64,000 nt of DNA from Sulfolobales archaeon (GTDB lineage Archaea; Thermoproteota; Thermoprotei_A; Sulfolobales; NBVN01): assembly GCA_038831135.1 (NCBI GenBank), contig JAWBKW010000001.1:69614-133613 (forward strand), written 5' to 3'. The notes beneath the pieces are model-generated. The model did no database searches, had not been told where the DNA came from, and saw only the letters and a program-made list of their open reading frames with translations. Shown in pieces: positions 57,399 to 64,000 of this stretch. Made by a program: the position numbers and the translations under genes. Positions within the stretch are counted from its first letter, which is position 1, and every line of letters begins with the position of its first letter.

Positions 57399-58244
57399 GT
57401 GGATTTAATGAGTTTTAACGTTACTGTTGTGGAGAGAGGTTCTAACTACATAAAGTTATTGTTTGATGGGATCCCGTTACAGTTACTTAATGCTATTAGG
57501 AGGGCTTCGTTAGCGGAAGTTCCATCAATGGCTATTGCTGAAGTAATTTTCATTGATAATACATCACCACTATATGATGAGATAATAGCTCATAGATTAG
57601 GATTAATACCCCTTATATCAGATACGGCCATCGATAAATATAAATCACCTGAAGAGTGTGCCGAGTGTAAGGAGGCTGAAGAATGTGAAGGATGTTATAC
57701 CGTGATCACGCTTGATGCATCAGCTAAGGAAGACGTGTTGGCTGTTTATTCGCGTGACTTAACTCCCCAAGATCCTGATGTGAAACCTGTAAATCCTGAC
57801 ATTCCTATCGTCGTATTAGCCCCTGGACAGAGATTAGCCTTTGAAGCTAGGGCTAGATTAGGTAGGGGTAAAGAACACATTAAGTGGAGTCCTGCTACAG
57901 TAGCTAACGTTACCTACCTAGCTAAGATATCTATTGATAAGAATAGATGTAATTTATGTGGAAGATGCGTCGCATCATGTCCTAGAAAGGTTTTCACAAC
58001 GTCGTCAAATGGCATCGAATTTGATGAAAGTAAGTGTATATTATGTAGGCAGTGTATTAAGGCATGCGATCGAGAGGCAATAGATCTTGGCTGGCATGAA
58101 GGGAAATACATGCTCTATATCGAGAGTAGTGGTGCATTAAGGCCAGAAAGAATTTTTTTAGAAGCTCTTAAGATCATTGTTAATAAGCTTAGAAACCTCT
58201 ACGGGGAAATAGATAAATTAGGGGGTAGTGTAGGAGGGAGTTAA
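57399..58244 (+). CDS. rpoD: DNA-directed RNA polymerase subunit D with ferredoxin-like Fe-S domain
   Basis: 281 aa. Contains LLNAIRR and two CxxCxxCxxxC(P) motifs (CNLCGRCVASCP, CILCRQCIKAC). Confidence 0.9.
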   Translation: MDLMSFNVTVVERGSNYIKLLFDGIPLQLLNAIRRASLAEVPSMAIAEVIFIDNTSPLYDEIIAHRLGLIPLISDTAIDKYKSPEECAECKEAEECEGCYTVITLDASAKEDVLAVYSRDLTPQDPDVKPVNPDIPIVVLAPGQRLAFEARARLGRGKEHIKWSPATVANVTYLAKISIDKNRCNLCGRCVASCPRKVFTTSSNGIEFDESKCILCRQCIKACDREAIDLGWHEGKYMLYIESSGALRPERIFLEALKIIVNKLRNLYGEIDKLGGSVGGS

Positions 58245-58245
58245 T

Positions 58246-58608
58246 ATGAGGAGAACAGGTCCTACAAACATAACGTTAAGGAAATTGATTAAGGAGCTGA
58301 AGAAGGTTTCAAATAAGTATCACGCTCCTATATGGAGTTACGTAGCTGATATACTTTCAAGACCTACTAGGAAGAGAGTTGTTGTTAATCTAAGTAGGTT
58401 AAATCGATATGTGAATGATGGTGACGTAATAGTGGTGCCTGGCAAGGTATTAGGCGTTGGAAGCCTTAATAAGAAAGTCACTTTAGCTGTGGCATCTATA
58501 TCGTTTAGTGCTTTAGAGAAGGTTAAGGCATCTGGTAGCAGGTTAATACATATTAAGGATTTAGTTAATGAGAATCCAGAAGGTAAGGGTGTTAAGGTGA
58601 TAGTATGA
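58246..58608 (+). CDS. rpl18e: ribosomal protein eL18
   Basis: 120 aa, located after rpoD. Confidence 0.85.
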   Translation: MRRTGPTNITLRKLIKELKKVSNKYHAPIWSYVADILSRPTRKRVVVNLSRLNRYVNDGDVIVVPGKVLGVGSLNKKVTLAVASISFSALEKVKASGSRLIHIKDLVNENPEGKGVKVIV

Positions 58609-59048
58609 ATGAGGGTAGGATATTAGTTTTTGATGCTGAGGGGGTCATCTTAGGCAGATTAGCAACAGCAGTATCTAAAGCATTGTTGAGCGGTTATAAA
58701 GTATTCGTGGTGAACTCGGAGAAAGCTATTGTTAGTGGAGATCCTCATACGGTAATTGATTCCTATAGGATTTGGTTTGAGATTAAAACTTTGAGAAATC
58801 CGTATAAGTGGTCTCCTAAGAGACCTAGGTCTCCCGTTGCAATAGTTAAGAAAGCTGTTAAGGGAATGTTACCTAAGGATAACTGGAGGGGGATCTCTCT
58901 ACTTAAGAATTTGAAGGTTTATGTAGGTTACCCTGAAGAGTTGAAGAAGTACGAATTAATCAAGGCAGTTAGTGTTTCACCGGTAAAACCTAGTAGAGGA
59001 TTTATAACTGTTGGTGAAATAGCTAGAATGCTTGGGTGGAAGTGTTGA
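58605..59048 (+). CDS. rpl13: ribosomal protein uL13
   Basis: 147 aa. Contains GRLAT. Confidence 0.9.
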   Translation: MNEGRILVFDAEGVILGRLATAVSKALLSGYKVFVVNSEKAIVSGDPHTVIDSYRIWFEIKTLRNPYKWSPKRPRSPVAIVKKAVKGMLPKDNWRGISLLKNLKVYVGYPEELKKYELIKAVSVSPVKPSRGFITVGEIARMLGWKC

Positions 59049-59461
59049 GTGAGCGTCAGTTAAAGATAGTTATTTCATCGAGTAGACGGAAGACTGCCGT
59101 AGCTAGAGTCACACTCAAACCAGGTAAAGGTAGGGTTTGGATTAACGGCACTCCATTGGAAATATTCCCCATCGAGATGGCACGACTAAAGATTATGGAA
59201 CCCTTACTACTTGCTGGTGAGGCTATCTGGAATAGCATTGATGTCAAGGTCTCAATGAGTAGTGGTGGGTATATGTCGCAGGCAGAGGCTGCTAGAACAG
59301 CAATAGCTCGGGCTTTACTCCTTTACACTGGTAGCGATGAACTTAAGGAACGTTTTAAAGAGTATAGTAGGGCTATGTTGGCTGGTGATCCAAGACAAAC
59401 GGAGCCTGAGAAGTGGATGAGGTATAGTGCGAGGAGGTGGAGGCAGAAGTCTTATAGGTGA
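59036..59461 (+). CDS. rps9: ribosomal protein uS9
   Basis: 141 aa. C-terminal RQKSYR. Confidence 0.9.
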   Translation: MEVLSERQLKIVISSSRRKTAVARVTLKPGKGRVWINGTPLEIFPIEMARLKIMEPLLLAGEAIWNSIDVKVSMSSGGYMSQAEAARTAIARALLLYTGSDELKERFKEYSRAMLAGDPRQTEPEKWMRYSARRWRQKSYR

Positions 59462-59466
59462 TTAAC

Positions 59467-59670
59467 ATGGTCATCATACCAGTTAGATGCTTTACTTGCG
59501 GAGCTTTAATCGGTGATAAATGGGACGAGTTTGCTAAGAGGGTTAGTAACGGGGAGAGCACCGATAAGGTCCTTGACGACTTAGGAATTACTAGGTATTG
59601 CTGTAGGAGGATGTTACTCTCACATGTAGACCTAATAAGTGAGATAGTAATGTATTCGAGGAAGGTCTGA
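59467..59670 (+). CDS. rpoN: DNA-directed RNA polymerase subunit N (Rpb10)
   Basis: Starts [12 protein letters not shown] and contains RYCCRRM. The track ORF begins 9 nt earlier at a GTG. Confidence 0.9.
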   Translation: MVIIPVRCFTCGALIGDKWDEFAKRVSNGESTDKVLDDLGITRYCCRRMLLSHVDLISEIVMYSRKV

Positions 59671-59671
59671 T

Positions 59672-60331
59672 ATGTATAACCCATCTGATGAGAGGAAAGA
59701 GTTCGAGAAAGTATTAATAACTGAGAAGGGCACTATAGAACTTCTAGTGCCTCTGGATATATACTTAGCTGCTGGAGTACATATAGGAACTCATATCTGC
59801 ACTAAACATATGGAGGAGTTCGTATATAAGTTAAGACCTGACGGACTCTACATCCTTAATGTTAGGTTGATAGATGAGAGAATTAGGATAGCCGCCAGGT
59901 TCTTATCGAGGTTTAACACTGGTTCCATAGTTGCGATATCGGCACGTCAATACGGATTTAAACCTGTAGAGATGTTTGCCCAATTAACTGGCAATAAATC
60001 CTTGACTGGTAGGTTCGTACCAGGAACCTTAACTAACCCGCGGTTGAACTCCTTCATAGAGAGTGAGGTGGTAATTGTAACTGATCCTAGGGCAGATACT
60101 CAAGCATTAGATGAAGCAGCTAAGGTAGGGATCCCGGTAATAGCTATAGCTAGTACCGATAATAAGTTATCGGGCATTGACTTAGTAATACCTGGGAATA
60201 ATAAGGGTAGGAAGTCATTAGCTGTTATTTATTGGTTATTAACTAGGCAGTTGTTGAGGGAGAAAGGGATCTTACCGCCTAATGGTGAGTTGCAAGCAGG
60301 TTACGAAGATTTCGAAACTAAGGTGGGTTAA
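59672..60331 (+). CDS. rps2: ribosomal protein uS2
   Basis: 219 aa. Contains LAAGVHIGT. Confidence 0.9.
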   Translation: MYNPSDERKEFEKVLITEKGTIELLVPLDIYLAAGVHIGTHICTKHMEEFVYKLRPDGLYILNVRLIDERIRIAARFLSRFNTGSIVAISARQYGFKPVEMFAQLTGNKSLTGRFVPGTLTNPRLNSFIESEVVIVTDPRADTQALDEAAKVGIPVIAIASTDNKLSGIDLVIPGNNKGRKSLAVIYWLLTRQLLREKGILPPNGELQAGYEDFETKVG

Positions 60332-61182
60332 TGGGTGTTTTTAAGAGAGCACCAGTAGTAGCAGGTTCTTTTTACGAGTCCTCACAGAATAAACTCTTAG
60401 ATAGGATTAAGTGGTGCTTCACACACGAATTAGGTCCGGGGAGACTACCTGAAGTTGGTGTTAGGAGTAAGGAAAGTTTCGGCTATGTAGTTCCGCATGC
60501 TGGTTATATGTTTAGTGGTCCAGTAGCAGCTCATACCTACTATAGGGTTGCTAAGGAGGGTAGACCTGAAACCTTCGTTATATTAGGTCCTAACCACACA
60601 GGGATAGGAACAGCAGTATCTGTATATGATAAGGGTTTATGGAGCACGCCACTGGGTGATGTTGAGATAGATTCAGAGCTTGCTCTAGAGGTTTTAAAAC
60701 ATTCAAACTATGTTGACGTAAATTACGATGCGCACAAGTTTGAGCACTCGATAGAGGTTCAGTTACCCTTCCTTCAATACCTTTTTAAAGATTTTAAAAT
60801 AGTGCCGATAGTAATTGCGTATCAAGTTCCTGAGATAGCTAAAGATCTAGCTAAATCGTTAGTAAACGCGTCTAGCAAGTTAGGTAGGGATATAGTAGTT
60901 CTTGCTTCAAGTGATATGAGTCATTATGAACCTCAATCCATAGCTTACGAAAAAGATAGGGAGGTATTGGATTGCGTAATTAGGTTAATGCCTGAAGACA
61001 TGTTTGAGGTTGTTAATGAGAAGAATGTAAGTATGTGCGGTGTTGGACCAGTAATGACGTTACTTTACTATGCTCGTTTATTAGGTGGTAGTGGAGGGGA
61101 AGTCCTTAAGTACGCGACCTCAGGCGATGTCACAGGCGATTTGGACGCCGTAGTTGGTTACGCATCAGTTAGGATTTCCTAG
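60331..61182 (+). CDS. MEMO1-family protein (AmmeMemoRadiSam system protein B-like)
   Basis: 283 aa. N-terminal PVVAGSFY and His-rich metal motifs (PHAGY, GPNH). Confidence 0.8.
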   Translation: MGVFKRAPVVAGSFYESSQNKLLDRIKWCFTHELGPGRLPEVGVRSKESFGYVVPHAGYMFSGPVAAHTYYRVAKEGRPETFVILGPNHTGIGTAVSVYDKGLWSTPLGDVEIDSELALEVLKHSNYVDVNYDAHKFEHSIEVQLPFLQYLFKDFKIVPIVIAYQVPEIAKDLAKSLVNASSKLGRDIVVLASSDMSHYEPQSIAYEKDREVLDCVIRLMPEDMFEVVNEKNVSMCGVGPVMTLLYYARLLGGSGGEVLKYATSGDVTGDLDAVVGYASVRIS

Positions 61183-61188
61183 TTTGAA

Positions 61189-61983
61189 GTGTTTCCATTG
61201 CTTAACTCCGGTGAAGCCATCAACGTAATTACTTTTGAGTACATTCCACTTTTCTGTATTCCATTACCGCAGAAATATAACCCCGTGATAGTTACACCTA
61301 TAAGGAATTCTAGAATTGCAGTTAGTGTTGAACTTATCCGCGAGGAAGGATTAGAACTTTCGGGAATAGATAACGTTTTAGAGAGATATATACTAAGTTT
61401 CTACCAATTCATATATGATGAGTTAGGTTTCGATCATGGATTTAGAATACGTAGTGAAGGTTCAACTCTTTATAAGGGATTTACATACGTAGCCATAACT
61501 AACTCTATGGCTAAGTTACTTGCCGGTCGACTAACGAACGAAGTCTACGAATTTCTTAACATGATAGACAATAGGTTTGGAATACCCCAATGCATTACTG
61601 CTCTAAGAGTTTATGAGCGTATTGGGGAGGCATATATTTGGAGGTACGGTGATGATGCTGTAAATATGGGTAGGTTCGATGTTTTCGTTAAGGGGTCTTC
61701 ATCGATATCTGACTCAGTCCATAGGAACCCAATAATAGATGATGCTCAGATCAATAACATACTAACACGCTTAATAGGTCTAGTAATCATAGGTATATAT
61801 AATACTATAGGTAGTCACGATATCAACTTACTCAACAATTACATCAACGTATTTAACAAGATATGGGAAAGCATATATGTGTTCAAGGAGTGTCCATGCA
61901 ATAAGTTTATGCCTAACCACACTTACTTATATGTTCAGGATATTGATGAGGTGTTAGCCCTTGAAATCGAATTACATATATAA
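61189..61983 (+). CDS. hypothetical protein at the position where other archaea encode mevalonate kinase (possible degenerate GHMP-fold protein)
   Basis: 264 aa, GTG start. No Gly/Ser-rich GHMP phosphate loop and no GAGGGG motif. Only weak resemblance to MVK (NSGEAINV versus FGEHAVV; GFRIRSEGS...AITNSMAKLLAG versus GF.I.I.S.IP...GLGSSAA). Confidence 0.45.
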   Translation: MFPLLNSGEAINVITFEYIPLFCIPLPQKYNPVIVTPIRNSRIAVSVELIREEGLELSGIDNVLERYILSFYQFIYDELGFDHGFRIRSEGSTLYKGFTYVAITNSMAKLLAGRLTNEVYEFLNMIDNRFGIPQCITALRVYERIGEAYIWRYGDDAVNMGRFDVFVKGSSSISDSVHRNPIIDDAQINNILTRLIGLVIIGIYNTIGSHDINLLNNYINVFNKIWESIYVFKECPCNKFMPNHTYLYVQDIDEVLALEIELHI

Positions 61984-62749
61984 AGTGGTTAAGTTAGGAG
62001 GTAGCGTAATAACCATTAAAGACAAACCAATGAGTATTAGGTATGACGTAATTAAGTATTTGGTTTCTGAATTAGCTGACTTTCTTAGGGAGCGTCCAGA
62101 AGTTCGGATACTTCTCATACACGGTGGTGGCAGCTTTGGGCATTTCGTAGTGCGTGAATGTTTGAAAAACATAGGTAAGATAGATGTTAGGTGTTTTTCC
62201 GAGACATCCCATGTCATGATGTTACTTAATACTCAAATAACTAAGGAATTACTTGATGTCGGATTATCACCTGTCTCAATACCTCCTCACACGATCTTCA
62301 GGAAGGATGGAGACAGGCTTAAATACGAATTAAATCTGGTTAAGGATTACTTAGTGGAGGGTTTCATACCTGTACTATATGGTGATGTAGTGCTAGGTAA
62401 CCATTCATTCGAAGTGCTTTCGGGGGATACTATAGCCTGGGTATTAGCTAAGGAATTAGGTATTAATGAAATAATCTTCGTTACTGATGTGGACGGCTTA
62501 TTCGATAAAGACCCTAAAAAATATTCGGATGCTAAGCTCATAGAGTCTATACATGTTAATGATTTAAAAGGTCTTACGTTCTCATCAAGCGAGTATGATG
62601 TTACAGGTTCTATGATGCTGAAGCTTATGGAAGGTTTGAAATACGGCGTTAATGGTATTGAGGTGAGGATAGTTAATGGGTTAGTTAAAGGGAATGTATA
62701 TAAGGTATTAGGTGGTAGTTCTACCGTAGGTACGGTGGTTAGGTATTGA
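61961..62749 (+). CDS. ipk: isopentenyl phosphate kinase
   Basis: 262 aa. Amino-acid-kinase fold with VVKLGGSVIT, HGGGSFGH and TDVDG. The GTG at 61985 is an alternative start. Confidence 0.85.
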   Translation: MKSNYIYKVVKLGGSVITIKDKPMSIRYDVIKYLVSELADFLRERPEVRILLIHGGGSFGHFVVRECLKNIGKIDVRCFSETSHVMMLLNTQITKELLDVGLSPVSIPPHTIFRKDGDRLKYELNLVKDYLVEGFIPVLYGDVVLGNHSFEVLSGDTIAWVLAKELGINEIIFVTDVDGLFDKDPKKYSDAKLIESIHVNDLKGLTFSSSEYDVTGSMMLKLMEGLKYGVNGIEVRIVNGLVKGNVYKVLGGSSTVGTVVRY

Positions 62750-63816
62750 GTTATGAAAGTTCTAGCCGTAAATTAGAACATATTGAGGTATCCTTAAAAG
62801 AGGATGTTGAAGGCCCCCTTAAGACCTGGTTAGAATGCGTTCACTTAATTCATAACGCCACACCTGAATTAGACCTCAGCGATGTGGATTTATCCCTAGA
62901 GTTCCTAGGCAAGAAGTTAAACCTACCACTCGTAATTAGTGGTATGACTGGTGGAGCCCCTGGAACTGAAAACATTAACGCTGAGTTAGCTAGGTTAGCA
63001 GAGTCTGCAGGAATAGGTTTGGGGGTAGGTAGTCAGAGAGCTGCGTTGGAGAACGAATCTTTGAGGTACACTTATACAGTAGTTAGGGAATACGCCCCTA
63101 GGACTCCAATACTCGCTAATATAGGTATTTCAGAATTTATTCGCTATGACATATCCCTAATCATTAAACTTGTAGATATGATTGGAGCTGACGGGTTAGC
63201 TATCCACTTAAATGTTGCCCAAGAGCTTACTCAACCCGAAGGTTCCCACTCGTTTAAGGGGTTTACTAAGAAGCTTGAGAAGGTGATGATAGAACTTCCC
63301 GTACCATTGGTTATTAAGGAGGTAGGTTTCGGTATCTCTAAGGAAGTTGCTGAAGAACTTAATAGTTTGGGGATAAGGTATTTCGATGTAGCAGGTGCTG
63401 GGGGAACTAACTGGGTTAAGATTGAAATGTTTAGAGCTAGGTTAAGGAATGATAGAATTAAGGAGAAGGTTGCTTCAGAATTACTGAGTTGGGGAATTCC
63501 AACCGCTGCCTCTATCATTGAGGTTAGGAATGGTGCACCTAATTCCACCGTGATAGCTAGTGGAGGTATTAGGACTGCATTAGATGTTGTTAGGGCTCTG
63601 AGATTAGGTGCTGATTTAGTAGGTATAGCCCTACCGGTTCTTAAGGCTTACTATGCCGGAACCCTGCCCCAGTATTTTGAGGTTTTAATTAAGTCTATTA
63701 AGTCTTTACTGCTTCTTTCAGGGGCTAGGAACGTAGCTGAGTTGAGGACGAAGCCAATAGTTATTTATGAACCGCTTAAGGGTTGGGTAATCCAACGTAA
63801 TTTAAAAATACCTTAA
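62746..63816 (+). CDS. fni: isopentenyl-diphosphate delta-isomerase, type 2 (FMN-dependent)
   Basis: 356 aa. RK.EH near the N-terminus, a TIM barrel, and SGMTGG, GAGGTNW, ASGGIR. Confidence 0.9.
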   Translation: MSYESSSRKLEHIEVSLKEDVEGPLKTWLECVHLIHNATPELDLSDVDLSLEFLGKKLNLPLVISGMTGGAPGTENINAELARLAESAGIGLGVGSQRAALENESLRYTYTVVREYAPRTPILANIGISEFIRYDISLIIKLVDMIGADGLAIHLNVAQELTQPEGSHSFKGFTKKLEKVMIELPVPLVIKEVGFGISKEVAEELNSLGIRYFDVAGAGGTNWVKIEMFRARLRNDRIKEKVASELLSWGIPTAASIIEVRNGAPNSTVIASGGIRTALDVVRALRLGADLVGIALPVLKAYYAGTLPQYFEVLIKSIKSLLLLSGARNVAELRTKPIVIYEPLKGWVIQRNLKIP

Positions 63817-63838
63817 GCGTCTTTATTACGGTGATTTA

Positions 63839-64000
63839 ATGACTGATGAATTACTAAGGTATGCATCTATAATAGCTGAGAAGGTGAACCTAATCATAGA
63901 TGAAGTTGTTAGAGGGGAGGAGAAGCATCTCTATAATGCATCCCTACACCTTCTTAAGGCAGGTGGTAAAAGGTTAAGGCCTTTACTCACTGTTTTATCT
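63839..64000 (+). CDS. idsA: polyprenyl (geranylgeranyl) diphosphate synthase, N-terminal part (runs off the window)
   Basis: My own translation is MTDELLRYASIIAEKVNLIIDEVV...LLKAGGKRLRPLLTVLS. GGKRLRP is typical of trans-prenyltransferases. Confidence 0.8.
   Translation, partial: MTDELLRYASIIAEKVNLIIDEVVRGEEKHLYNASLHLLKAGGKRLRPLLTVLS

Noticed and set aside
1-64000. I looked for CRISPR arrays, rRNA genes, IS elements/transposases, integrases, inteins (in nrdJ and elsewhere) and toxin-antitoxin pairs.
   Set aside because: I saw no regularly spaced direct repeats, no rRNA-like GC-rich blocks, no transposase or integrase motifs, and no intein-sized insertion in nrdJ (845 aa, with a contiguous NPCGE region).

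Overview
This window is a chromosomal segment of a crenarchaeote-type (TACK) archaeon, roughly 40% GC by eye. It has AT-rich intergenic regions with TATA/BRE-like promoters, GGTG/GAGGTG Shine-Dalgarno motifs in front of internal operon genes, and many 1-20 nt gene overlaps. Most of it is core housekeeping. In order, the window contains: purL'-purQ-purS-purC; the ESCRT-type cell-division operon cdvA-cdvB-cdvC; a class II ribonucleotide reductase; a protein disulfide oxidoreductase; gatC-gatA-gatB plus a PPP phosphatase; a dphB/ribL-like operon; a rearranged S10-spc-alpha ribosomal protein supercluster (about 35 r-protein genes with secY, adk, cmk, rnp1, rpoD and rpoN); rtcB; one tRNA-Ser(UGA); a TAXI-TRAP transporter cluster; a dsrE-tusA-iscS-iscU sulfur-relay/Fe-S cluster; and the isoprenoid genes ipk-idi2-idsA. 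Four things stand out. (1) cbf5 is interrupted at its catalytic Asp codon by a 33-nt insert that folds as a canonical bulge-helix-bulge, meaning an mRNA intron cut by the tRNA splicing endonuclease. (2) A roughly 10-kb accessory-looking block (36.5-46.4 kb) encodes three membrane-anchored, sequon-rich extracellular proteins. One has a putative papain-like Cys-His-Asp core, and the two large genes each have a strong hairpin at the predicted 5' end of the transcript. The block also holds an orphan DNA methyltransferase and a 1-kb non-coding gap. (3) A 264-aa ORF with no recognisable kinase motifs sits where some other archaea encode mevalonate kinase. (4) The r-protein operon is fragmented around rtcB and an unknown co-transcribed gene. 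I found no CRISPR array, rRNA, transposase or integrase. All functional calls come from reading motifs in the translations and recalling family signatures; no database search was possible.
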